The position numbers were made by a program, and so were the translations under genes. This document shows, piece after piece, positions 34,549 to 44,794 of a stretch of 64,000 bases of DNA. A model generated the notes under the pieces. That model was not told the DNA's origin. It did no database searches and saw nothing but the letters and a program-made list of their open reading frames with translations. Numbering within the stretch: position 1 is the first letter of the stretch; each line of letters opens with the position of its first letter. This DNA is from a virus (lineage: Duplodnaviria > Caudoviricetes). The stretch lies in IMG/VR virus record IMGVR_UViG_3300027986_000008, positions 1 through 64,000 of that record. The stretch is one strand, 5' to 3'.

Positions 34549-35559
34549 ATGCCAGCACCAGTGAGTTTCGGCCAAGCCCTGCCCGTCCTCGGGCTGAACA
34601 ACGGCTTTCCGGGAACGTTTTCCCGGCTCCACCCAACGATCGCGTCTCGGCAAGTACTCTCGACGACGCCTAACAACCTTCTATTCGGCGCTCCGTGCGT
34701 CATCATCGCGGACTCGCAAGGAGGAACCGTCCAGTCCGTGGCAGACTTCATCGCCGCGGCTGCCGGTAATTCCGGCAGCGTATACGGACAGTTCGGCGGC
34801 ATCGCGGTGCGCGAGGTTAAGACGGTCCTCACGTACCAGAACGGCCTAACTCCAGGAACGCAGCAGACCGGCTTTTTCGCTCCCGGCGAGATGGCCGATA
34901 TCCTGGAGGCCGGGTCGGTCTGCGTCCCGATCGTTGAAGGCACTCCGGTCAGTCAGGCTCCGGTCTACGTTCGCGTGTTCGCGAATACCTCGACCGGAAC
35001 ATTCACTGCCAACACCGCAGTCGGCAGTAACGTGCTCTTATCGGTGTCATCCTTCACCGGAGTCCAACTCGGCCAGGGATTGAGCGGCACTGGCATTCCG
35101 TCCGGTACGATCGTCGGAGCCGTCAACACTACGGCGAGCACCATCACGATGGTCTTCCCCGGTGGCCTTCCCGCTCTCGCAACCGCGGCCGGAACCGGCA
35201 CTACTGTAACCTTCTCGAACACCGTCACAGCCGTCGGAGACCTGGAGGCGGAAGATGACGTTGCCGCCACCACGACCATGACGGCGGTGGCTGCGTCCGC
35301 AAACATTACGGTGGCCTCGGCAACCGGAATTAACGTCGGCCAGATCGCAGTCGGAGGATCGATTCCTCCGGGGACCGGAGTTACCGTCGTGAGCGGTACG
35401 ACTATCACTCTCTCGGTGGCTGTGCCGACGGTTGCTGCGCCCGGTACTGCCGTCACGTTCCATAACACCCTGGCTTTGCCGCTGACGGTGTTCCGGACCG
35501 GCAACCTCGACGCCAACTTCGTGGCGGAGATCACGCTGAAGGCTCGCGTAGCGGCCTAA
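34549..35559 (+). CDS. Capsid decoration/cement protein with inserted beta domains
   Basis: Between protease and MCP; G.PG, G.AVR and VYVR motifs. Confidence 0.75.
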   Translation: MPAPVSFGQALPVLGLNNGFPGTFSRLHPTIASRQVLSTTPNNLLFGAPCVIIADSQGGTVQSVADFIAAAAGNSGSVYGQFGGIAVREVKTVLTYQNGLTPGTQQTGFFAPGEMADILEAGSVCVPIVEGTPVSQAPVYVRVFANTSTGTFTANTAVGSNVLLSVSSFTGVQLGQGLSGTGIPSGTIVGAVNTTASTITMVFPGGLPALATAAGTGTTVTFSNTVTAVGDLEAEDDVAATTTMTAVAASANITVASATGINVGQIAVGGSIPPGTGVTVVSGTTITLSVAVPTVAAPGTAVTFHNTLALPLTVFRTGNLDANFVAEITLKARVAA

Positions 35560-35589
35560 GTCAATAAAGGAAAGGAAGATCAGACAATC

Positions 35590-36696
35590 ATGTTTCGCCA
35601 ACCACGCTTTGCTTCCAATACCGATCGCGACATCGCCGCTCTCGCTGCCGTACTCGGGCACCGCGACTTGAACGGACGCCGCGGCGCTCGGGCTGCCGAC
35701 GCGCTCCGCATCCGCGCCTTTGACGCCGGAGGAGCCACCGGCCTCGCTTGGCTTGAATCTCAGTTGGAGCTGATCGATCCGAATCTGGTCGAGCCGCTCC
35801 AGCAGTATTACCATCCCAAGGCTATCACAGTGAAGACCGGCGGTGGCTTCGTCGAGTTCATCTCGGCGTTCGCCTCGAACTATGCCTCCACCGGCAACCA
35901 GTTCTACGGCCTCCAGGGCACCGCGAACACGGACATCCCGGAGATCCAAGCCGACGTGCAGAAGGGCGTCTGGAAGACCTTCAACTGGGCCTCGGCGATG
36001 ACTCTCCGGTATCTGGACCTCCAGAGACTCGAAGCATCCTCGCGGCTCGGCCAGCCCGCCCCGTTCTCTCTTCAGGACCTTCTGAAGAAAGCCTGCACCG
36101 CGAATTGGAACAAGGCGCTCGACTACGTGACGTTCAAGGGATTTCTCGGCCAGCCGGGAATCGTCAACAACCCGAACGTCGCGGAGTTCGTCGCCCCGCT
36201 CGGTGCCGGAGGCTCCGCTCTGTGGTCGAAGAAGACGCCTCAGGAGATCCTGAATGACGTCAACCTCGCGCTCAACACGGTAGCGAGCAACGTCTCCTAC
36301 GCGATCGACGGCGGAATGCCGAACCGGATGCTCATCCCGTTCACGCACCACGCCTACATCACCAATCCATTCACCCTCTCCGGAGTCGGTAACGGATTCA
36401 CCTCGATCAAGGACTACGTCGAGAAGAATTGCGTCGCCGCCGGAGCGACCGACTTCCGCATCGACCGCATCCCGAATCCGTGGATCTCCGGCCAGGGGGC
36501 CAGCGGGACGGACCGCGGAGTCGTCTATCGCGATGACGAGGAGGACCTCTACCTCCAGATCACGCAGCCGATGACTCAGGGCATGAGCGTGCCGACGACC
36601 CGCAACGGTGGATCGTACGAGACCATCTACTACGGGTGCGTCTCTCAGGTCATATGGAAGCGCACGATCACGGCAACCTACATCGACGGCATCTAA
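35590..36696 (+). CDS. Major capsid protein (DUF2184 type)
   Basis: LESQLELIDP.L.EPL, G..N.P.V, W..KTP.EIL.D.N, terminal YIDGI. Confidence 0.92.
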   Translation: MFRQPRFASNTDRDIAALAAVLGHRDLNGRRGARAADALRIRAFDAGGATGLAWLESQLELIDPNLVEPLQQYYHPKAITVKTGGGFVEFISAFASNYASTGNQFYGLQGTANTDIPEIQADVQKGVWKTFNWASAMTLRYLDLQRLEASSRLGQPAPFSLQDLLKKACTANWNKALDYVTFKGFLGQPGIVNNPNVAEFVAPLGAGGSALWSKKTPQEILNDVNLALNTVASNVSYAIDGGMPNRMLIPFTHHAYITNPFTLSGVGNGFTSIKDYVEKNCVAAGATDFRIDRIPNPWISGQGASGTDRGVVYRDDEEDLYLQITQPMTQGMSVPTTRNGGSYETIYYGCVSQVIWKRTITATYIDGI

Positions 36697-36720
36697 TGGC
36701 CGTCGCGTTGGGAAACTGGG

Positions 36721-36757
36721 GCGCGGAATTATCTGGTAGACGATTCCGCGCCTCTAT
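36721..36757 (+). terminator. Hairpin after the MCP gene
   Basis: GCGCGGAAT...ATTCCGCGC stem with a weak U tract. Confidence 0.5.
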
Positions 36758-36788
36758 CCTACGGTAAAGAATAAAAGGACTCTCGAAA

Positions 36789-37121
36789 ATGGAAAACCAA
36801 AAGCAAATCAAGATCATCCTATTCCGCAGCAAGACGTTCATTCCGGTCGACGCGTCCGGCCTCGCGATTCCCGGCGCTCAAGCAATCACGGTCGGAACCT
36901 CCGATGATCGAAAGCCGGTAGCTGTTCCGGAGTGGGTCAAGGGAACGCCGACGTTCGCACTCGGAGTTCAGGACGGCAGCATCATCGAGGTTATCAGCCC
37001 GGTGCCGGTCGCTCCGGCGGCAAAGCAGGAAGATGCCGCGCCGGAAGTTCCTCCATCCGATGAACCCGAACCCGAGCCGGAGCTGGCAGCAGCTGGCGCA
37101 AAGAAGTCGAAGAAGGCATAA
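36789..37121 (+). CDS. Head-associated hypothetical protein
   Basis: AAGGA SD; follows the MCP. Confidence 0.7.
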   Translation: MENQKQIKIILFRSKTFIPVDASGLAIPGAQAITVGTSDDRKPVAVPEWVKGTPTFALGVQDGSIIEVISPVPVAPAAKQEDAAPEVPPSDEPEPEPELAAAGAKKSKKA

Positions 37122-37135
37122 GGGAGTAACGAGAA

Positions 37136-37885
37136 TTGTTCCCGAACATCCAGCTCTGGCTGGATCAGACATGGGGATTCGGTCCGGAGATCGTAGCTAG
37201 GATATCGGCTGCGTCAAACGTCGTCGTCGGATCGAACCCCGCGTATACCGCCGCAGACTTCTTCACGTTTTATCCGAAGTATGCGCGGACTCCCCAGGTC
37301 TACAGCGGAGCTACGACCGTGAACGGATCTCCGACCGTTCTCCTCCCCACTTCTCCCGGCTTTCCCACCATCGTCGCTCCTGGGCAATGGATAACCGGAG
37401 ACGGCATCCCGTACTCTCCGAACTCTATGCCGGTCGGAGGAACGTTCGTGAAGTTAGTAGATAGCACCGGCCAGATCACGCTGACGCAGAATGCGACTGT
37501 AAGCTCTACCAGTGCGCAAGTCCAGATCTATTCGATTCCTCTCCTTCCTATGGCGGTAGTCAACGCGTACGTTGCGCTCGCGTCATCTCATTTAGTGCAG
37601 GCGAGATGGCAGGACACGTGGACGATCGCCATGGGGTATTTCATCGCTCACTTCGCCACTCTTTGGTTGAAGTCGGATGGCGTTCGGTCGAGCGTACCCG
37701 GAGTAGCGGCGTCCTCCGGATTAGCCCGCGGAATCGTCGTGGCGAAATCGGCAGGTCCGGCGAGCATGAACTTCGAGCGGACTCCTGGACTCGACGAGTG
37801 GGCCGCGTGGAACGAGACCGATTACGGGAAACAGCTGGCGACTCTCGCGAAGTGCTTCGGAGCCGGTCCGATGTTCCTATGGTGA
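37136..37885 (+). CDS. Head-tail adaptor (DUF4054 type) with inserted domain
   Basis: F...YP, AHF.TL, S.G..S, W..T.YG.Q. Confidence 0.8.
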   Translation: MFPNIQLWLDQTWGFGPEIVARISAASNVVVGSNPAYTAADFFTFYPKYARTPQVYSGATTVNGSPTVLLPTSPGFPTIVAPGQWITGDGIPYSPNSMPVGGTFVKLVDSTGQITLTQNATVSSTSAQVQIYSIPLLPMAVVNAYVALASSHLVQARWQDTWTIAMGYFIAHFATLWLKSDGVRSSVPGVAASSGLARGIVVAKSAGPASMNFERTPGLDEWAAWNETDYGKQLATLAKCFGAGPMFLW

Positions 37886-37889
37886 CGAG

Positions 37890-38363
37890 ATGCCTGCGAC
37901 CGTAAAGAAGTTCGGACCGGGGATCGCAGCGATCATGAAGGACCTGGCACGGGTGAAAAAGTCGGAGGTCTTCATTGGGATTCCGGCGGACAAGACTCAG
38001 CGAAAGTCTGATGATATAAATAACGCCAGCCTCCTCTTCATCCATACGCATGGCTCTCCGATCAATAATATTCCAGAGAGGCCGGTTCTCGAACCAGCAG
38101 TTGCCGCGAACAAGGCGGTGATCGCTCAGCCTCTCGGCTCGGCAGCTCAAGCGGTGTTCGCCGGGGACGCAAACAAAGCCGCGAGGAATCTGGATCGAGC
38201 CGGAGTGGTGGCCTCTAACGCAGCTAAGCGATGGTTCACAGATCCGAGAAACGGATGGGAGCCGAATGCTCCGTCTACCGTCGCTCAAAAGGGCAGCAGC
38301 CGACCTCTCATAGACACCGGAGAGCTGCGTCGTTCGATCACGTGGGTCAGGACGCAGAAATAG
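37890..38363 (+). CDS. Neck / tail completion protein
   Basis: IP.RP.L, PNAPST...KGS..PLIDTG.LR.SI. Confidence 0.85.
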   Translation: MPATVKKFGPGIAAIMKDLARVKKSEVFIGIPADKTQRKSDDINNASLLFIHTHGSPINNIPERPVLEPAVAANKAVIAQPLGSAAQAVFAGDANKAARNLDRAGVVASNAAKRWFTDPRNGWEPNAPSTVAQKGSSRPLIDTGELRRSITWVRTQK

Positions 38364-38398
38364 CTAAGGAAAGGATGGCGCGGTAGAATTCCCAGAGC

Positions 38399-38435
38399 GA
38401 CTTCGGCTCTTACCTGATCAGTAGGAGCCGAAGTC
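38399..38435 (+). terminator. Strong intergenic hairpin
   Basis: GACTTCGGCTC...GAGCCGAAGTC. Confidence 0.45.
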
Positions 38436-38455
38436 ATAACTCCCGCTCTCCTCCG

Positions 38456-38968
38456 ATGCCTAGTTGGTCTCTGTCTGATCTCGCTCTCGATCCGGATCTC
38501 GGCGAGGCACTAACGATAGTCCGCTCAACCGGCTCCTTCGCGGCCGGAGGCTTTCAGAGCAGCACGGTATCTCTCGATTGGTGGGGGATACTGGCCGTCG
38601 CGGAAGATGAGATTCTCCGCCAGTTCTCTGAGGGAGATCGGATCACCGGGGACCTAATTCTTTTCTCAGCAGATCCTCTCTATGAGACCTCTGAGCAGAG
38701 ATCCGGATTAAGCGACCAAGTTGCGTGGAACCAGGGTCTCTATCGCATCGTCAAGGTCGGACCGTGGAAGGATTGGGGATTTTATGCCGCAGTGCTGACG
38801 AGGATCGGAGATTACACCCCTCCTCTTCCGACGTTCGACGAGCAGCCAGGCACGTTCGACTTCCAGCAAGGAACGTTCGACGAGGCCGGAATGCCGTCGT
38901 ATGACGAGCATGCTGGCTACCATGATCAGGCGGAGGGAACTTTCGATGAGGCTCAAGATGAAAATTAA
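38456..38968 (+). CDS. Head closure protein with C-terminal TFDExxG repeats
   Basis: L....EGDR..G, D...W....YRI....W...GF. Confidence 0.75.
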   Translation: MPSWSLSDLALDPDLGEALTIVRSTGSFAAGGFQSSTVSLDWWGILAVAEDEILRQFSEGDRITGDLILFSADPLYETSEQRSGLSDQVAWNQGLYRIVKVGPWKDWGFYAAVLTRIGDYTPPLPTFDEQPGTFDFQQGTFDEAGMPSYDEHAGYHDQAEGTFDEAQDEN

Positions 38969-41900
38969 GATCGCCCTAATTTCATTAGCGTCTGCTATAG
39001 CAGCAACCGCTCAGATCCAAGTCATTCCCGACACGACGTTTCCGACCGTCCGGTCCCTCCTCAACTCGAACTTCGGATACATCAGCAATCAGTTAGGGCT
39101 GAAGCAGGGCCTGATCTCCGGCGCTCCGTCCGTCTGGCCGAATATCTACTATCAGACGGTAAAGGTCAACGGGAGCATCCAACCTCAGCAGCCGACGATC
39201 AACTTCGTTCCAGGAACGAACATCGCCTTCAGTTGCACGAACAATATCGGACTGAGCCAGAGTGACTGCACGATCAGTTCCACGGCCGGAGGAAACGTCA
39301 CCAGCATCGGCATCGCGGTTCCGGGATGGCTCTCCGTGTCCGGATCTCCGGTTACTAGTGCGGGGACGATCACGATCTCCGAGGCTTCGGCCCAATCTCC
39401 GCATCAGGTTATCGGTACGTGCGGAGCGAATACGTCCTTCGGACCGTGCGCGCTTGCGATCTCCGATCTTCCGGCCGGACTCCTCCAGTCGGGAAATAAT
39501 CTCTCCGAACTTTCGAGCGCGTCTGCCGCGAGGACGAATCTCGGTCTGACGTCTACGGCCACCGCCTCTCTCGTCACTACGGTAGGAAACCCTGGAAGCA
39601 ACCTGAACGTTCCGACCGAGGCCGCTGTGAGAGCAGCCGTCGGTGCGGCGGGATTCGTAACGAGCGTCGGATTGGCTGCTCCGACGTGGTTGACGGTGTC
39701 CGGCTCTCCGGTCACGGCCTCCGGCACTCTAACCTTTGCTGCCGCGTCCGGACAGACATCTCACCAAGTAATCGGCACGTGCGGATCAGCGACGTCCTTC
39801 GCGCCCTGCTCTCTCGTTCTCGCGGACCTTCCAGCCATCACTACGGCGAACGTCTCCGAGAGCGGTAACCTCTACTTCACGAATGCGCGAGCCATCGCAG
39901 CCTTTTCCGCTACTGCTCCGATCCTCCTCAACTCCGGAGTGATCTCCTGCCAGACTGCCTCCGGTCTTCAGGCCGGTTGCCTCACGTCTACGGATTGGTC
40001 AACCTTTAACTCTAAGCAGACGGCTATCTCCGGCGCTCCGGGAACGTGGCCGACGACGTTCGCTCCTCCGGCTCCGACTCCGTCTACCTTGGGAGGATTG
40101 TTCTCTGCGACCGCGGCCTCCCATCGGTGGGTAACGAACATCGACAATACCGGAACGCAGCAACTCTCTCAGCCGTCTTGCGCAGACCTCAGCAACTCCT
40201 CTGCGAGTTGCTCGACCGATGCGACGAATGCCGATAACATCGCCAGCGGCACCATCGGAGCCGCTCGGCTCCCTCAATTCACCGGAGGAGATGCCACGAC
40301 GGCCGGAGTAGGATCTACTGCTCTTAGCGTAATTAAGGTGAACGGAGCCGCGGTTCCGGCCTCCGCTGCAGCTCTTGCGTCGAACGTGTCGAGCCAATTA
40401 GTCGCGGCCGCTACGACAGGCTCCGGCAGCACGGTCGTTCTCTCGACGTCTCCGACTATAACCAATCTAAAAGCGACGGCTATCCAGGATGCGAACGGCA
40501 ATCCTTTCTTCACGTCCAGTGCGACCGCTTCGGCTGTAGATTCCGTAACGGTAACGAACGCAGCGACAGCGAATCCGGCAACGGTAAGCGTCGGCAGCAG
40601 CGGAAGCGACGGGAACATAAACCTGAATCTAACCTCGAAGGGAACCGGAGTCATTCAACTGAACGGCTCTCCGGTGGTCGCGTCTGCAACTACGGATGCC
40701 ACGAATGCGAGCAACATAAGCAGTGGTACTCTTCCGAACGCGAGGCTCTCAGCGGTTCCGAATTCTGCTCTGGCCAACTCATCTACTACGCTCAACGGTC
40801 AGACTGTGGCTCTCGGAGCGACCGGAAACGTGAATGCCGGGGCAGCAGCTCACTCGGTATCGATCAACCAAGGTGCCGGATCTGCCATCTCTGGCGTGGC
40901 TATCGGAACAGCCGGACGAGTCCTTATAGACCAAGGAGTCGGAGCTGATCCTGCCTTCGACGCGGTATCGGGAGACGGAGCACTAAACGGCTCCGGCTCT
41001 TTGACGGTGACGAAGACTAACGGAGTCGCCTTCGCGACCTCGGCGACTACCGACGCGACGAACGCGACGAACATAACGAGCGGTACTCTGCCGACCGCTC
41101 GACTGGTATCGGTCCCTAACACCTCTCTCGCTAATTCGGCCACGACGGTGAATGGGCAGACTTGCACGTTAGGGTCATCCTGCACGGTGACTCTCTCCGC
41201 GGTGAACCCTCAATCGGCTACGTACCAAGTTCTTGCCGCGGACTTCTCGAACTACAAGACGATCGTCGTCTCATCCGGGACGTTCACCATCACCTTAGTG
41301 GCATCCGGATCGCAACCTCCGGCGGGTCAATACGTCACCATCATTAACTACGGTTCTGGTCTGGTGACGATCGCGAGGAGCGGCCAGAATATCAACGGCG
41401 GGACTTCCTCTCTGACTCTTAATGCGGCCTCGGCAACGTCGCCGACGTCGTCGTACGTCATATCGGACGGCACGAACTATTTTGCTTCTATGAACTCCGC
41501 GGCATCTAGCCGCACGACGAACCTCTACTACGCGCCTGGTGCGAAGACGGTGAACGGCGTCGGAGCCTCCGTCTTTCAATGCAACACGAGCTGCCCCACG
41601 CCGACAGCAATTACGGGAGGAACCGATGTAACGGCATCCCTCCACTTCGCTGGAGCAGGAAGCGTATTCGACGAGTTCGTGATTCCCACGAACTACGCAA
41701 ACCAAACGATCACGATCGAAGTGATGGCTCGAAGCGCCGATAACGGAGCGCATAGTGGAACGGTCACGTTCACGAGTAGCCAGATCGGAGCGAACGGAGA
41801 CGTATCTAATCCGACGCTCGCGAATTCGACGGCGATCACCTTTACTCCTTCAGGGACGGCCAGCGGCTTAGTGATCGCAACGGGAACGTTTACGCCGAGT

Positions 41901-42002
41901 TGGACGGCGGGCAATCGCGCCTTTTGGAAAGCAGCAGTCGCCCTCGGCACTCTCACGTCTGATCTTGAAATCGTATCGGTTCGTTTCTATGCGACGTTTT
42001 AG
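38958..42002 (+). CDS. Large signal-peptide-bearing fibre-like protein
   Basis: MKIKIALISLASAIAATA-Q; repeats VTS.G...P.WL.VSGSPVT and TDATNA.NI.SGT; many Cys pairs. Confidence 0.8.
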   Translation: MKIKIALISLASAIAATAQIQVIPDTTFPTVRSLLNSNFGYISNQLGLKQGLISGAPSVWPNIYYQTVKVNGSIQPQQPTINFVPGTNIAFSCTNNIGLSQSDCTISSTAGGNVTSIGIAVPGWLSVSGSPVTSAGTITISEASAQSPHQVIGTCGANTSFGPCALAISDLPAGLLQSGNNLSELSSASAARTNLGLTSTATASLVTTVGNPGSNLNVPTEAAVRAAVGAAGFVTSVGLAAPTWLTVSGSPVTASGTLTFAAASGQTSHQVIGTCGSATSFAPCSLVLADLPAITTANVSESGNLYFTNARAIAAFSATAPILLNSGVISCQTASGLQAGCLTSTDWSTFNSKQTAISGAPGTWPTTFAPPAPTPSTLGGLFSATAASHRWVTNIDNTGTQQLSQPSCADLSNSSASCSTDATNADNIASGTIGAARLPQFTGGDATTAGVGSTALSVIKVNGAAVPASAAALASNVSSQLVAAATTGSGSTVVLSTSPTITNLKATAIQDANGNPFFTSSATASAVDSVTVTNAATANPATVSVGSSGSDGNINLNLTSKGTGVIQLNGSPVVASATTDATNASNISSGTLPNARLSAVPNSALANSSTTLNGQTVALGATGNVNAGAAAHSVSINQGAGSAISGVAIGTAGRVLIDQGVGADPAFDAVSGDGALNGSGSLTVTKTNGVAFATSATTDATNATNITSGTLPTARLVSVPNTSLANSATTVNGQTCTLGSSCTVTLSAVNPQSATYQVLAADFSNYKTIVVSSGTFTITLVASGSQPPAGQYVTIINYGSGLVTIARSGQNINGGTSSLTLNAASATSPTSSYVISDGTNYFASMNSAASSRTTNLYYAPGAKTVNGVGASVFQCNTSCPTPTAITGGTDVTASLHFAGAGSVFDEFVIPTNYANQTITIEVMARSADNGAHSGTVTFTSSQIGANGDVSNPTLANSTAITFTPSGTASGLVIATGTFTPSWTAGNRAFWKAAVALGTLTSDLEIVSVRFYATF

Positions 42003-44781
42003 CCTGTGGTTCTTCATCGCCTGCGCGTGCTCCCTCGCGGCTGGCAACACCTGCACGCTGAAGGACGGCGGCGGTGGGTCCTGCACCGGGTCCAATCCAA
42101 CAGTCTGCTCGTTGGCCTCTATCGCCGCAGATAGCACGCACAGTTACTGGACGGGGACCGGGTGCACGGCGAATGGCTACACGCCATCCAGCGATTATCT
42201 GGTAGTGCCCGAACCTTTCGTGCTCAAGTTCGATCAGGCAGCAGGGAGCACGGCTGGTAACTCGACCGCGCCCATTTATCCGTATGTCGTTTCGCTGAAC
42301 GTCACGAACGGCGGGACGCTTTGCGGCAGCGCAACGGCGGCCATGACAATCGGCAGCGCGTCTGCCATCGCGAATGGCTCCATCACGTCGTTTCCGCACA
42401 TCACATTGGTCATCTCCGGCGGCGTAGTGCAGTCGGCTTACATGGAGGCGAGCGGCGGCGCGGGACGGCCTCGATTCGCGCCCGGCAGCGCGGCCCCGAC
42501 CGTCACAGTCAGCGGCTGCACTGGCACGACGGCGGTAATCTCTCCCAACTTGGTGACCGGCAGCGGGACGGCAGCGATCGAGATCTCCGGTGCGGCAGGC
42601 GGCACGGCGTACGGCGGAATCCAGGTGACCACCAGTTTGACAATCAAAGGAGACGTCAGCATCGGCAACACTTCGGGCGGGGCGAGTACGAGCACGCCGA
42701 TTGTGCAGAAGCGCGGCTCGACGATCACGTTCGACTCCTCGGCCAGCGCGGACGGATTCTCTGGGCACTACATTTACGGCCTCGTGCCGATCTCCGGGTA
42801 TAACGGATTCGGCGGCGGGAAGTGGAAGTACGACAGCAGCGATTGCACCTCTGCTCAGCAATGCACCCTGACGGCGAACGCGGCGGGAGCAAATACATAC
42901 TTCGATTATTCGAGAGTCGCGGATTGGGTAGTCAACGCCACGTATACCAATTTCTCATACGTCGGGAGCTACCTGGATTTCTTGCTCAACGACGGTCGCG
43001 AAGACTGGACGGTGACGCACTCGACGTTCAGCCACCACGGATTGACGCTCATCGGTGTTGCAGCGACCAACAACATCGTACATCAGTACAACAGTTATTC
43101 GAGTCCGGCATCCTTCGGAGATCTGGCCGTCAATGATTCCTCGATCGCGTATGTGAGCGGTACGCGCAACGTTTCGTATAACGTCTTTAACTTATGCGTC
43201 AACGCGACCCAAGCGAACTCTGGGAATCTAACGCCGTCTCTCGCAGGCTGTAATTCCACTGGTCAGGTATCGCCTGCTAATTTCACTTGGACCGGGAACT
43301 ACTTCCCAACCGTGCCTACGGGACTCGGGACGAATTCTACCGCCACAAATAACTTCTTCATCTTTCCGCTTAGTTGGGGATCTGTGTCTGGAGCCGGAGC
43401 GCGCAGCGCGAACTACTTCTGGTATCCGGCCATCGCGTTTAATCCTCACCTGACGGCTCTCGGCAACGGGCAAAACAGCACTGGAGATATCTTCGATATT
43501 ACAGAGGACGGAACCGGAGGAGGGGACGCCTCTCCGGTCCTTGGTCCGCAGTCGGGATCAGGAACGAATAATCTTTACAACGAAATCATTCTTCCGTCTA
43601 AGCAGGGTCACGGTAATGGGTGGGCCTCGTTGATCTATGACGGATCGTATCCGAGCGGCAACACACTAAACATGAATCATGCCACGTTCTGGGGGCGGAG
43701 CTATACCGCTGGAAACGGCCAGAATTCGGTGCTCGCGAACGGTCACAACTCGAACTGCGGCGGAGTCGGCACGGTAGGTTCATTCAAAGCGAACCTCGTC
43801 TACGGTCTAGGAGGATCGAATACGACTTTTAAGTTCGCGACGATCCTTCCGGCAGCTACGGCTTGTTTGGACCTCTGCACGGCTTCGACGTGCGACTACA
43901 ATGCGGCCTACAACTTCACGCTGACGGCGACGTGCGTATCGTGCAACCCAGCCGGAGGAGGGAGAGGATACCTCAGCAACACGACGAGCGGAGTCCTTCC
44001 AGGACCTCACGATCTCGATGTCGTTTTGAATCCCGGTTCTGCGGTAGGCGTCAATCCGAGTTTCGCAGACAGCAATCGTAATGCTTATCTATGGGATACG
44101 AAATACCTCGGCCACGCTCTGAATGCGGCATGGGTGACGAGCACTTCCTATACTGCCGGAAGCTCTGCCGTGTCGGATTCTCACGCCGGAGTCTACGGCA
44201 ATGCGGGAATCAATTACAGTTGCATCCTCAGCCATACGTCCAACGCGCAGACGGAGCCGGAAGCCGCGCCACTGGAGACGAGCGATATCGGCTCTGGGTT
44301 GACGAGCATCGTGGTATCCGGGGGGATCGCAACCGTCACGACTGCGGCAGCTCATCAGCTCGCCGTTGGATCAGAGGCGGTCATCGTCGTATCGTCTGCT
44401 CCGGCCGCTTTCGGAGCTTCTGTTCTGAGCGTACCGTCAAGTACCACGTTCACGGCTAACGTAAGTTGTTGCCTTGCGGATGCGACCTATACGACCGCGA
44501 GCAAGCTTTACCTCTGGCAAGCATTTTGGGAGCCTGCGTCGCTGGTCTCTCTTCGAAGTGCCATCGCGGCCGGGACTCTATATACAGACGTCTCTCTCGG
44601 GGACTCTTCTACTCACCTCGCCGTTGATGCTTTAGTGAAGTGGGTCTCGGCGGGATTAGCTCCTCAGAATCCGGCGTTTTACTACACATTTCCAGGGGAT
44701 ACGAATTCCGTCACGAACGTTGGAGCAGTTCAGATGCTCGATCGCACGAAAGTCGGCGGGATCGCTCCGATGATCCAGTAA
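41989..44781 (+). CDS. Large signal-peptide-bearing beta-helix-like protein with a carbohydrate-binding-like module
   Basis: Hydrophobic N-terminus; Asn/Gly-rich repeats; AW....SY..G..V...Y.C...HTS....P. Confidence 0.7.
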   Translation: MRRFSLWFFIACACSLAAGNTCTLKDGGGGSCTGSNPTVCSLASIAADSTHSYWTGTGCTANGYTPSSDYLVVPEPFVLKFDQAAGSTAGNSTAPIYPYVVSLNVTNGGTLCGSATAAMTIGSASAIANGSITSFPHITLVISGGVVQSAYMEASGGAGRPRFAPGSAAPTVTVSGCTGTTAVISPNLVTGSGTAAIEISGAAGGTAYGGIQVTTSLTIKGDVSIGNTSGGASTSTPIVQKRGSTITFDSSASADGFSGHYIYGLVPISGYNGFGGGKWKYDSSDCTSAQQCTLTANAAGANTYFDYSRVADWVVNATYTNFSYVGSYLDFLLNDGREDWTVTHSTFSHHGLTLIGVAATNNIVHQYNSYSSPASFGDLAVNDSSIAYVSGTRNVSYNVFNLCVNATQANSGNLTPSLAGCNSTGQVSPANFTWTGNYFPTVPTGLGTNSTATNNFFIFPLSWGSVSGAGARSANYFWYPAIAFNPHLTALGNGQNSTGDIFDITEDGTGGGDASPVLGPQSGSGTNNLYNEIILPSKQGHGNGWASLIYDGSYPSGNTLNMNHATFWGRSYTAGNGQNSVLANGHNSNCGGVGTVGSFKANLVYGLGGSNTTFKFATILPAATACLDLCTASTCDYNAAYNFTLTATCVSCNPAGGGRGYLSNTTSGVLPGPHDLDVVLNPGSAVGVNPSFADSNRNAYLWDTKYLGHALNAAWVTSTSYTAGSSAVSDSHAGVYGNAGINYSCILSHTSNAQTEPEAAPLETSDIGSGLTSIVVSGGIATVTTAAAHQLAVGSEAVIVVSSAPAAFGASVLSVPSSTTFTANVSCCLADATYTTASKLYLWQAFWEPASLVSLRSAIAAGTLYTDVSLGDSSTHLAVDALVKWVSAGLAPQNPAFYYTFPGDTNSVTNVGAVQMLDRTKVGGIAPMIQ

Positions 44782-44794
44782 ACGACTTCCTCAA

